Below are positions 7,222 to 17,118 of a stretch of DNA of 64,000 bases, piece after piece (within the stretch, counting starts at the first letter, position 1; each line of letters opens with the position of its first letter). The notes beneath the pieces were generated by a model. The model ran no database searches, was not told where the DNA came from, and saw nothing but the letters and a program-made list of their open reading frames with translations. Origin of the DNA: Candidatus Latescibacterota bacterium (GTDB lineage Bacteria; Latescibacterota; UBA2968; UBA8231); contig CBDCSU010000004.1 of NCBI GenBank assembly GCA_965221775.1, positions 512,001 through 576,000 of the forward strand, in the 5' to 3' direction. The translations under genes were made by a program, and so were the position numbers.

Positions 7222-9294
7222 TCAGGAAGCGGCGGGGTCCATGCGTTCCAGATCCCCGCTGTCGCGGTCCGGGTCTCTCTCCAGGCCTTGGCGGACCCGG
7301 CGGGACAGGGAGTCCAGGCTGTCCTTCAGGGGGAAGGCGGGCTCGAAGCTCGGTGAGGTCGAGAGGATCTGCTCCACGTCGGCGGCCACGTCCCCGGCGT
7401 GCACGACCTGCCGTTCCAGCAGACCCTCCAGGGCGTGGACCGTCTCCTGGCGGCAGTGCCAGTCGGGGTGCACGTAGAACCTGCGCAGGTCCGCCAGACG
7501 CTCGGGGCGGCAGCCGACACGCCCCAGGGCCTGCAGGGAGGCGGCGACGACGGAGCTGGCGCGGTCGTCGAGGGAACGGACGAGAGCCGCCTCCACCTCC
7601 TCGTCCCCCGGGTCCGCCTGCTGGCCGAGGACTCGGGCGGCAGCGACTCTGACCTCGAAATAGGGGTCCCGGGCGAGGGCTTCCAGGACCGCGGCCCGGC
7701 CCCGGGGTCCGGCCCTTCGCAGCCCGATCATGGCGAGGGGGAATTCGATGGCGTTGCGCCGGAGGATGCCGGGATGCCGGTAGTCGCCGCCGAGGATGCG
7801 CTGGACCCGGCTGGTGGGAGAGCGGTCCTGGATCAGGGCGAGGACCAGAGGCAGGCGCTCCTCGTAGGCCAGCAGCCCCACCAGCTTGACCCCCACGTTG
7901 CGGCGCCCGAAGGGGATCTCGTACCAGCCCTCCGAGGCCAGGTGCCGGTCCGCCTGGTAGCGCAGGTAGGCGAGCTCCATCGGGCCCAGGGCCTGCACGC
8001 CGCCCGCCTCCTCGAGGCGCCGGCGCACGTGGTGCAGGAGGCGGTTGGGGTCGGCCGGCACCCCGGGGGGCCCGGCCACGGGGGACTCCAGCTTCAGGAC
8101 CGGTGGACGCCGGTCCTGCCTCAGGCCGTCGATCTCGCCGAGGATCGCCTCCAGACTGTCCCGGCGCGGCGCCGAGGCGGCGGCGGCGGCCATCCGCCGG
8201 CGCTCCTCCGGCCGGTCCAGGAGCTCCAGGACCGCGGCGGCGAGCCGGGATCCGCCGACCCCCATCTCGACGCGCTCCTCGCGGGGGCGCCAGCTGGCCT
8301 CCTCGAAGAGGACGCGGGCGGCCCCGGCCGCCTGAAGGGCCATGGCGTTGATCGCCTGGTGGTCCTCCGCCGCCGTCGACAGCGGCAGGATCAGCGCCGG
8401 CAGGCCGCAGACGCCGACCTCGGTGAGGGTGCTCATTCCGCCCCGGCAGACCACGAGATCGGCGGCGGCGTAGGCGGTCTCGATCTCCTCGATGTAGTCG
8501 AACCGGCGGTACCAGTGTTCGTAGTCCTGGAGGCCGGTCGCTTCCAGGGCCCGCGAGGTCTCGGCCACGGGGTCGTAGCCCTCCGAGACGTGGGCCCCCG
8601 TGCCGTGGAGGACGATCAGTTCCTCCGCCCGGGAAGCCAGCAGCGGCAGGGCCTCGACGACGGCCTGGTTGATCGTCCTCGACCCCTGGGACCCTCCGAA
8701 GACGAAGACGACCATCCGGTCCCCTTCGATGTTCCAGGCCGCCCTTGCTGCCTCCCGGTCGAGGCAGGTCAGCTCGCGGCGCACCGGGAACCCGACCACG
8801 GCCACCCGCTTCGCGTCGAACCAGTGGGCCGCCTGCTCGAAGACGAGGCCGACGCGGTCGGCGATGCGGCCCACGGCCTGGTTCAGCAACCCGGGATGGG
8901 CGTTCGGCTCGTAGGCGAAGATCCGCGTTCGGCTGAGTCCGATCCTGCGCAGGAGACCGCTGGCGAACAGGATCGGGGCGCTCGCGAAGCCGCCGGTGGC
9001 GAAGACCACGTCGGGGCGGAAGCGCAGCAGGACCAGGATCCCCCCGGCGACGCCGACGGCCAGGGTCAGGCCGAACCGGAGCAGGGGCAGGAGCCGCCGG
9101 GTCCTCGGGAAGGGCCTCGACGGCAACCGCTTGAGCGGGTAGCCCCGGCCGGGCACGACGCGCTCCTCCAGCCGGCCGAGGACACCCACGTACAGGAACC
9201 CCGCCTCGGGTTGGCGTCGCCGGATCTCGTCAGCCACCGCCAGCGCCGGGTACACGTGGCCGCCGGTACCGCCGCCGGTGAACAGGTATCTCAC
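7222..9294 (-). CDS. murG: MurG glycosyltransferase fused to a C-terminal HEAT-repeat region (about 690 aa)
   Basis: GGGTGGH, EPNAHPG, GGSQG, RGGMSTLTE, HQAINA, then about 280 aa with HEAT-like units (DPYFEVRVAAARVLG, DDRASSVVAASLQALG, HPDWHCRQETVHAL). Start re-picked at GTG 9294, downstream of its promoter. Confidence 0.9.
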   Translation of the reverse strand: MRYLFTGGGTGGHVYPALAVADEIRRRQPEAGFLYVGVLGRLEERVVPGRGYPLKRLPSRPFPRTRRLLPLLRFGLTLAVGVAGGILVLLRFRPDVVFATGGFASAPILFASGLLRRIGLSRTRIFAYEPNAHPGLLNQAVGRIADRVGLVFEQAAHWFDAKRVAVVGFPVRRELTCLDREAARAAWNIEGDRMVVFVFGGSQGSRTINQAVVEALPLLASRAEELIVLHGTGAHVSEGYDPVAETSRALEATGLQDYEHWYRRFDYIEEIETAYAAADLVVCRGGMSTLTEVGVCGLPALILPLSTAAEDHQAINAMALQAAGAARVLFEEASWRPREERVEMGVGGSRLAAAVLELLDRPEERRRMAAAAASAPRRDSLEAILGEIDGLRQDRRPPVLKLESPVAGPPGVPADPNRLLHHVRRRLEEAGGVQALGPMELAYLRYQADRHLASEGWYEIPFGRRNVGVKLVGLLAYEERLPLVLALIQDRSPTSRVQRILGGDYRHPGILRRNAIEFPLAMIGLRRAGPRGRAAVLEALARDPYFEVRVAAARVLGQQADPGDEEVEAALVRSLDDRASSVVAASLQALGRVGCRPERLADLRRFYVHPDWHCRQETVHALEGLLERQVVHAGDVAADVEQILSTSPSFEPAFPLKDSLDSLSRRVRQGLERDPDRDSGDLERMDPAAS

Positions 9295-9381
9295 GGACGG
9301 GCCGATCGCAGGGGCCGCCCGCAAGGGGTGGGCGAGCGACGATTGCTGGACGGGGAGCTGTTCGGGGAGGGATCTGTTTCC

Positions 9382-9410
9382 AGTATACGGACGGGGTCCG
9401 GGTCCGACAA
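9382..9410 (-). promoter_or_regulatory. Putative sigma70 promoter of murG-mraY
   Basis: TTGTCG (9410-9405) N17 TATACT (9387-9382). Confidence 0.6.
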
Positions 9411-9422
9411 CTCCGGGAACCC

Positions 9423-10166
9423 TCAAATCACGGTCACGAGCTCACCGGGCAGCCAGCCGCCGAGACCGTTGGCCAGGCGGACCAGGACCCACTCCCCCTC
9501 GCGGCGCTCCACGGTCACCTTGGTGCCCTCGTGGACGACGAAGACGGGTGTCTGCCCCGGGTCGGGGCCGCTGCGCGCCTGACCGTCGGCGGCGGTGACC
9601 ACCGCCTCGGAGAGGGTGACCTCCTGGTAGAGGCGCGTGCCGGCGAAGGCTCCGGAGCCCAGGATTCCGCCGAGGCAGAGGCCGAGAGCCACCGCCGCCG
9701 CGGCCCGGGGGGCGCGCACGAGGCGCCAGCCGGCCACGGCGCACAGTCCGGCCAGGCTCAGGGAGAAGGCCGCGAAGAGCTCGTTCAGGGTGGGCCACTG
9801 GTAGAGCCGGTAGAGGAAGCCGCCATCCCCGTCCTCTTCGCGGTCGCGCTTGATCCGGCGCAGGAAACGCAGGTTGGCCAGCACGTCCTCGTCCCGGGGC
9901 GCCAGCCTGCGGGCGCGCTCGTACCAGACGACCGCCTCTCCCAGCCGGCCGTCCTTGAAGCAGGCGTTCCCGAGATTGTAGAACAGGCGGGCGTCGCGGA
10001 CCCCGGTCGCGGCCGCGGCCAGGTAGCGCGTCCGGGCTGCGGCGAAATCGCCCCCCCGGTAGAGATCGTTGCCCTCGGAGTACAGGCCCAGCGCGGCTGA
10101 CTGGGCCGAAGCCTGCCCCGGCGCGAGAGCCAGCCACAGCACCGCCACGAGCCGCGGCCCCCTCAT
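9423..10166 (-). CDS. batE: BatE-like TPR + SH3 protein
   Basis: Signal peptide, TPR (YNLGNACFK...AVVWYERA...ANL), two TM, C-terminal SH3b (HEGTKV...GWL). Confidence 0.88.
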   Translation of the reverse strand: MRGPRLVAVLWLALAPGQASAQSAALGLYSEGNDLYRGGDFAAARTRYLAAAATGVRDARLFYNLGNACFKDGRLGEAVVWYERARRLAPRDEDVLANLRFLRRIKRDREEDGDGGFLYRLYQWPTLNELFAAFSLSLAGLCAVAGWRLVRAPRAAAAVALGLCLGGILGSGAFAGTRLYQEVTLSEAVVTAADGQARSGPDPGQTPVFVVHEGTKVTVERREGEWVLVRLANGLGGWLPGELVTVI

Positions 10167-11941
10167 GTCAGCGCCTTGCGCAGGAGGGCGGCGACCCCTT
10201 CGGCCTCCGCCAGCAGTTCCTCCCGGGCGGCCCTGTCGCTGGCGGCGGGGGAGTAGCGGCCGAACTCGCAGCGCTCCAGCACCGCCGCCACCCGGTCGAC
10301 GAGGTCGGTCCCGAGGCCGCGGTCCTCCAGCTCGGTACGGCAGCGGTCGGGGGTCAGTCCGGGCGCCGGCAGGTCGGCCTGGTCGGCGATGAAGGCCACC
10401 ACGGCCTCCTGCAGAGCGGCGTGGAAACCGTCCCCGTCGGCGGCCCGCCGCCGCGCTTCGCGAAGGCGGCCCGACAGCGCTCCCCCGGACCGGCGCCGGC
10501 GCGCGTAGCCGGTGTCCTTCTCCAGCCTGCGGCGGTGGCGGTGCCAGGCGACGAGGGCCACGTACCCCAGGGGCAGCACGGCGTGGGCGAGCCAGTACCA
10601 GAGGCGTTGGTAGAGGGCGGGGGCGGCGCCGATGCGGTCCACGTCGGGCTTGATGTGGCGGATGTCGCTCCCGAGGCGCTCGATCTCCCGCCGCGTCAGG
10701 TCGTACCCCCCGCCGGCCTCGGCACCGGCACCGCCGCCCCGGCTGCGGATCGCGATGGGGGCGGTGGAGGTGGTGCGGTAGCGGTGGACGGCGGGATCGA
10801 AATAGGTCACCGAAAGGGCCGGGATCTCCAGGCGGCCTCCCCCTTCCGGGATGAGGATATACTCCAGGTGCCGCGCCGCCATGTACCTCCCGTCGGCCGA
10901 GCGCCCCTCCTCCACCTTCACCTTGGGCTCGTAGATCTCGAAGCCGGGAGGGTCCAGGACGGGCTCGGGTATGCTCTGCACGTTGCCCGTGCCCGTGATC
11001 GACACCCTCAGGGTGACCGGATCCCCGGCGCGCAACTCCCGGGGACTGGCCTCGGCGGAGATGTCGAACTCGCCCACGGCGCCGGCGAAGCCACGGGGCC
11101 GTCCCCGTTCCGGAAGGGGGCGCACGACTATGGAGAGGGGCTCGCTGCGGAACATCAAGGTGCGGCCACGGCCGAAGATGGGGTCTTCCAGCAGTGAGCA
11201 GGTGAGCCCGAGGGGCTCGATGACCTGATGGCCCGAAGCGGTGGGGAACAGGGCCACGTGGCGCAGGGGCGCAACCTGGAAGGGCAGGCCGTCGATCACT
11301 TCGCGATGGGGGTCGAGCCGGGAGGCGGAGTGCAGTTCCTTGACCCAGAACCCGGTGTACTCCGGCACCTCCGAGAGCCTGGGGCCGCGCAGGCGGTACC
11401 GGTAGCACAGATCGAACCGCACGTTCACCTGCTCCCCCACGTACGCGGTGTCGCGGTCGGCCTCGGCGCGCACGAAGATGTCGTCCTCCAACTCCCGCTC
11501 TCCGGCCCCCCCGCCTGCCTCCCGGGTCCGCCCCGCGGGGGCCTTGCCCCGGACGTGCACCTCCACCTGATCCGTGGTCAGGACCTCGCCCGCCGCCCGC
11601 AGCCGCGCCGGGCCGAGGACGAACCGGCCGGGGTTCCTGGCGTAGAGGGTGTATTGCAGCTCCCGGGTGTAGAGCGCCCCCTTGCGATCGTGAGACTCCA
11701 TGTTCATCACCGAGGGTCCGTGGGCGATGAACTCCCGCAGGTCGATGGTGGGCGAAGCGATGTCGCTCAGCGGGCTCACGTCGCTGATACGCAGGGTGAG
11801 CTGGATCGGCTGCGACGCGGTGACGCTGCCGCGGTCCACCTCCAGGGTGAACTCGAGCTCCGCCCGGCCGGGCCCCGCCGCCAGGAGCAGCAGGGCTGCC
11901 AGGGAGCGCCGCAGGCGGGCGGACGCGGGGTTACCAGTCAC
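10163..11941 (-). CDS. batD: BatD family protein
   Basis: Signal peptide, AYVGEQV, GAVGEF, GTGN, YFDP, DIRHIK, late TM and CEFGRYSP; typical BatD architecture. Confidence 0.88.
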   Translation of the reverse strand: MTGNPASARLRRSLAALLLLAAGPGRAELEFTLEVDRGSVTASQPIQLTLRISDVSPLSDIASPTIDLREFIAHGPSVMNMESHDRKGALYTRELQYTLYARNPGRFVLGPARLRAAGEVLTTDQVEVHVRGKAPAGRTREAGGGAGERELEDDIFVRAEADRDTAYVGEQVNVRFDLCYRYRLRGPRLSEVPEYTGFWVKELHSASRLDPHREVIDGLPFQVAPLRHVALFPTASGHQVIEPLGLTCSLLEDPIFGRGRTLMFRSEPLSIVVRPLPERGRPRGFAGAVGEFDISAEASPRELRAGDPVTLRVSITGTGNVQSIPEPVLDPPGFEIYEPKVKVEEGRSADGRYMAARHLEYILIPEGGGRLEIPALSVTYFDPAVHRYRTTSTAPIAIRSRGGGAGAEAGGGYDLTRREIERLGSDIRHIKPDVDRIGAAPALYQRLWYWLAHAVLPLGYVALVAWHRHRRRLEKDTGYARRRRSGGALSGRLREARRRAADGDGFHAALQEAVVAFIADQADLPAPGLTPDRCRTELEDRGLGTDLVDRVAAVLERCEFGRYSPAASDRAAREELLAEAEGVAALLRKALT

Positions 11942-12668
11942 GGGCCTCGTCCCGCCCGCGGGCGCGGTAGCGCCGCTCCTGGGCCTCCTCCTCGCGGTCG
12001 CGGAGGGCGTCGAGAAGGCGCTCCGCCTCCTCGCGGTCCATGCCGCTCTCCCCCTCCGGCGGCGGCGGTTCCTGGTCCTCATCCTCGGAGGGCTGCTCGT
12101 CGCGCGAGCCGGAAGCGGGCTCCGGCGGCTCATCCTCCGGCTCCTGCGAGGGGGGCTGCTGCTGGTTCTGCGGCTGCTCTTCCTCTCCTTGGGGAGGCTC
12201 CTGGTCCTGGCCTTCCTGCGGCTGCTGCGGCGGCGGCGGCGGCAGCCGCTGCAGGGCCAGCTCCAGGTTGGCCTTGGCGTCGGCGTCGCCGGGGGCCCGC
12301 TGCAGGGCCTGCTTGTAGGCCTCCACGGCGGCCGCGTAGTCCTGCAGCTGGAAGTGGGCGTTCCCCTTGTTGTAGTGGCCGAGGGCCGCCAGCGCCGGAT
12401 CGTCGGCGGCGCTCACCCTCTCGAACTCCCCGAGGGCGCCCTCGAAGTCGCCGAGCTGGAAGAGGGCGTCGCCCACGTTGAGGTGGAGCCGCGCCGACTC
12501 CGGCCGTTCCACCAGCGCCTCCTTGTAGGCCTGCAGGGCCTCCTCGTAGCGGCCCGCGTCGTAGAGGGCGCCGGCGGCCTCGTTGCGGGAGACGGCGCGG
12601 TCGCCGATGGTGCGCGCCTGCGCCCCGGTGGCCAGGAGCGGGATCACGGCCAGGACCAGGGCCCTCAC
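11931..12668 (-). CDS. batC: BatC-like TPR protein with Q/E/P-rich linker
   Basis: TPRs (YNKGNAHF...YKQALQRAPGDADAKANLELA), low-complexity linker, AERLLDAL, terminal RDW. Confidence 0.88.
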   Translation of the reverse strand: MRALVLAVIPLLATGAQARTIGDRAVSRNEAAGALYDAGRYEEALQAYKEALVERPESARLHLNVGDALFQLGDFEGALGEFERVSAADDPALAALGHYNKGNAHFQLQDYAAAVEAYKQALQRAPGDADAKANLELALQRLPPPPPQQPQEGQDQEPPQGEEEQPQNQQQPPSQEPEDEPPEPASGSRDEQPSEDEDQEPPPPEGESGMDREEAERLLDALRDREEEAQERRYRARGRDEARDW

Positions 12669-13693
12669 GCGAACCTCCCCCGCCACTCCCGTCGGCCCCG
12701 TCCGCGCTCGGAGAGAAGGCCTTCGGCCAGGAAGCAGGCCAGGGCCAGGGCCAGGGGGATCTGGAAGCGCTCCTCGTAACGGGTGAAGCGCTCGGACCCG
12801 AGCTCCTTCCGCTGCACCTCGGAGATGCGGTCGACGACGGCCTCCAGCTCCCGGCCGGTGAGGCTGCTGCGCCAGTAGGCGCCCTCCCCCGCCGCCGCCA
12901 CCTCGCGCAGCGCCGCCTCGTCGAGGCGGGACTTCACGTAGTGGCCGTCGCGGTCCTTGTGGTAGTCCAGGCGGCTCCCGTCCTCCGCGCGCAGAGGGAT
13001 GAGCCCCCCCTCCGGGGAGCCGACGCCGATGCAGAACAGTCGCGCCCCCTGGTCCGCCAGCCGCGCGGCGGCGTCGGCCGCCGAACCGGAATGGGCCTCG
13101 CCGTCGCTGAAGAGGACGGCCACCTTGTGCTGCCGGTCCTCGGGGTCGAAGACCTCTTCCGCCCGCTCCAGGGCGCGGGCCAGGGAGGTCCCCTGGGAGG
13201 GAATGGCGTTCACGTCCACCGCGCCGAGGAGCATGCGCAGGGCCGCGGTGTCGAGGGTCAGGGGACACTGGACGTAGGCGGTGGAGGCGAAGACGACGAG
13301 AGCGACGCGGTGGCCCTGAAGGCCGTCCAGCAGCTTGCCGATGGCCTGCCGCGAGCGCTCGAGCCGGTTGGGGCGCACATCCTCGGCGAGCATGCTGCGC
13401 GACAGGTCGAGGAGGAGGACCACGTCGACACCGCGGCGCTCGGCCATCTCCAGGCGGACCCCGAACCGGGGCCCCGTGAGGGCCAGCGCCAGCAGGCCGA
13501 TCCCGGCCACGAGAAGGGCGGACTTCAGGTGCTGCCGCGTGCGGCTCACGCTGCGGATCAGGCGGGGCGCCACGGCGGCATGGGCGAGGCGCTCCAGGTC
13601 GCGGCGGCGGCGGACGTGGGCCCAGGCGGCGAACCAGGCCGCCAGCGGCACCAGCAGCAGCAGCCATTGGTTGTGCTCGGCGGCGAAGCGCAT
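12665..13693 (-). CDS. batB: BatB VWA domain protein
   Basis: DLSRSM MIDAS, PNRLER, CPLTLD, FSDGE, YEERFQ. Confidence 0.9.
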   Translation of the reverse strand: MRFAAEHNQWLLLLVPLAAWFAAWAHVRRRRDLERLAHAAVAPRLIRSVSRTRQHLKSALLVAGIGLLALALTGPRFGVRLEMAERRGVDVVLLLDLSRSMLAEDVRPNRLERSRQAIGKLLDGLQGHRVALVVFASTAYVQCPLTLDTAALRMLLGAVDVNAIPSQGTSLARALERAEEVFDPEDRQHKVAVLFSDGEAHSGSAADAAARLADQGARLFCIGVGSPEGGLIPLRAEDGSRLDYHKDRDGHYVKSRLDEAALREVAAAGEGAYWRSSLTGRELEAVVDRISEVQRKELGSERFTRYEERFQIPLALALACFLAEGLLSERGRGRREWRGRFA

Positions 13694-13697
13694 CGGA

Positions 13698-14677
<980 letters not shown>

Positions 14678-14678
<1 letters not shown>

Positions 14679-15640
14679 CAGGAACCTGCTTGCGCCGGCA
14701 CCGCCGCGGGGGTCTCCTCCCGGGCCCGCAGTTGCTGCCCGGCGCCGGCCACCAGCCGCCGGCCCTCCTCCGGCGCCGCCGACGCCTCCGGGAGCGGCGG
14801 CTCGGCCCTGGCGAACTTGACCAGGTCCGCCGCCTCCAGGAAGCCGATGATCCCCTCCCGGGTCCCGGTGTCGGGCGGCGCCGGCGCCCGGCGCAGGTCG
14901 GCGGCGATCTCCGAGGTCGTGCGGTCGAGACTGTCCACGGAGAGACGGTCCTCGAGGAAGCGGCGCATCACCTCGGAGAGCCGCGTGTAGTAGAGCTTCA
15001 CGGCGCCGCGCTGCAGCAGCCCCGACTCGGCGATGAGGGTGAACTCGCGCTCGTAGTCCACCGGAGGCGGGGGCGCCGGCGCCGGCGACTCCGTGCCGGG
15101 CCGCAGCAGGAAGCGGCTCACGAGCCAGGCCACGACCACCGCCAGGACCGCCGCCAGGGTGGCGGCGAGCCACAGGGGAATGCCGCCGAGGATCGTCATG
15201 GGCGGCTTGATCGCCCGCAGCGCGTCCCCCTCCTCCGGGTCGCGGGCGGACACGATCTGGATGGGGATCGGCGCCGAAGCGAGCCTCGCCGTGTCCGAGG
15301 CCGCCGAGACGACCAGGACCTCCACGGGCGGAATCTCTCCTGCGTCGAGCTTGTAAGCGGCCAGCCCGTAACGGCGCTCGTCCACCTGGAGGCCTCCGGC
15401 GGCGGGGCCGGCGGCCGGCTCCGACCGCGAGCGGACCTGCCAGGAACCCAGCCCTTGCGGCAGCTCCGGGAAGACGGAGCGGCTCGAGGCCGGACGCTCG
15501 ACCCGGAGGCGCAGGGTCACGGGATCCCCGAGGCGGGCCTTCGCCGTGTCGACCTCCGCCGTCAGGAGGGGCGCGTCGGCGTGGACGGTGGAGCCGACGG
15601 CGGCTGCGATCAGGGGTGCCAGGACAAGGAACGCTGCCAT
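14678..15640 (-). CDS. Bat-operon associated membrane-anchored protein (BatD-N/DUF4381-like)
   Basis: Signal peptide, Ig-like domain, LRAIKPP + TM, YYTRLSEVMRRFLE, ADLVKFA; family usually found between DUF58 and batA. Confidence 0.8.
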
Positions 15641-15653
15641 CCGGCGGGACCGC

Positions 15654-17093
15654 CTACCCGTCGGCCGGCTCCACGGCTTCCGAGGCCTCCTCCACGGGCC
15701 TGGAGACGTCGTCCAGGCTCAGGTCGAGGTTCACCACGGCCTCCCCGTCGATGGTGACCACGGTGGCCACATCGGAGCGCATGGCGTAGGCGCCGCCGTC
15801 CTCCGTCGTCGCGCCCACCAGGAACTCGAGGTTTCGGTCTCCGGTGAGACTCAGGCGGACGGACAGCTGCGGCGAGTCGAGGCCGAAGGCTTCGAGGACG
15901 AGGCTGCCGCCGGGGCCGTCGTCCTGGACGAAGTCCTCCGCCTCCAGCTCCATGACGTCGTTCACCAAGCTGGTGAAGCGCCAAGCCTTGGGCTCGCGGC
16001 CGGCGGCGTCGACCAGGTCCCAGGTGCCGGCGCTGTCCCGGGTGGCGGCGAAGACCCTCTCTCCCCGGCGGCGCAGCTCGATCCGGGAGACCTCCTCCTC
16101 CGAGAAGGCCAGGAGCTTCTTCTCCCGGAGCTCGGCCAGGGGCGTGAGCAGCTTGTTGACCACGGTGGAGTCGACGGCGAAGACCTGGGGCCGGCTGGAG
16201 TCGCGGGCGAAACGGTCCCCTCCTCCGGCCTCGGACCCGATCCGGAGACGCTTCTCCGCCCGGTCCTCCCCGATCCACAGGGTGACCTCCGCCAGGGCCG
16301 AGCCCTCCTGCAGGCCGGCCGCCGCCAGCTCTTCGGCGGTGGGCTGCTCGAAGGCGATGCGCGTGGCCTCGGAGTTCTGCAGGCGCGACAGGATGCCCTC
16401 CACCCCCTCGGCGTCGGCTTCCCTGGCCACCGGCAGGTCGAGACGCCAGCCGCCGCCCTGCCGCGAGACCTCCACCCGTCCGCCGGCCCGGTCGAGCCGC
16501 AGGCTCCCGACCTCCTCCTCCTCGAAGGCCAGCAGGCGCCGGTCGCGCAGATCGAAGAGGCCCTTGTCGAGGTTGTCGAAGCGCCAGGCGCGCACCCTCA
16601 GGACCTCCGGGTTGTCCCCCGAGCGCTGCAGGTAGGTGAAGCGCTCGGTGGGGGTGTCGTCGCCGAAGCGCAGGGTGTCGAGGGGCGCCGGCTCCCCGGC
16701 CAGGTCGAGGTGCACCTTCAGGCGCGGCCGCTCGAGGCCGTAGGCGGCCAGGCGGCCGGCGTCACCGGTCACGGAGGCGCTGTCCTGCAGGGGCTCGCCC
16801 TCGGTCTCGGTCTCGCGCAGGTTCCTCAGGTAGCGCTCCACCGCCTGCTGGTCGGCGCCGGTGGAGACGGGGCGGGTGAGGCGCCAGGACTCCTCCGCCT
16901 TCTCCAGGACGGCTACGGTGTCGCCCCGGTCGATGGTGAGGCGCCGGGCCTCGTGGTCGCTGAAGTCGAGGAGCTGGCGGGAGCGCTCGGCCTCGACCTG
17001 GCGCCGCTCGCCTCCCTTGATCTCGTAGAAGTAGACGAAGCCCAGGAGGGCGACGAAGATCCCACTGATGACGAGGTTGGTCTTCAGACCCAT
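15654..17093 (-). CDS. DUF4340 domain protein (three internal repeats)
   Basis: N-terminal TM; repeats LLDFSDHEARRLTI / LLAFEEEEVGSLRL / LLAFSEEEVSRIEL, each followed by W-x-L and YGL/AGL/FGL; usual GldG partner. Confidence 0.8.
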   Translation of the reverse strand: MGLKTNLVISGIFVALLGFVYFYEIKGGERRQVEAERSRQLLDFSDHEARRLTIDRGDTVAVLEKAEESWRLTRPVSTGADQQAVERYLRNLRETETEGEPLQDSASVTGDAGRLAAYGLERPRLKVHLDLAGEPAPLDTLRFGDDTPTERFTYLQRSGDNPEVLRVRAWRFDNLDKGLFDLRDRRLLAFEEEEVGSLRLDRAGGRVEVSRQGGGWRLDLPVAREADAEGVEGILSRLQNSEATRIAFEQPTAEELAAAGLQEGSALAEVTLWIGEDRAEKRLRIGSEAGGGDRFARDSSRPQVFAVDSTVVNKLLTPLAELREKKLLAFSEEEVSRIELRRRGERVFAATRDSAGTWDLVDAAGREPKAWRFTSLVNDVMELEAEDFVQDDGPGGSLVLEAFGLDSPQLSVRLSLTGDRNLEFLVGATTEDGGAYAMRSDVATVVTIDGEAVVNLDLSLDDVSRPVEEASEAVEPADG

Positions 17094-17118
17094 GTGCGGT
17101 GCCTCTCGTGCAAGTGGC

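Noticed and set aside
6108-9423. murG-mraY as the tail of the Bat operon
   Set aside because: A 128-nt gap with its own promoter-like TTGTCG-N17-TATACT argues for a separate unit, although read-through is possible.
12040-12245. Low-complexity CAG/GAG/CCG-rich tract
   Set aside because: Ordinary Q/E/P linker of BatC, not a repeat array.
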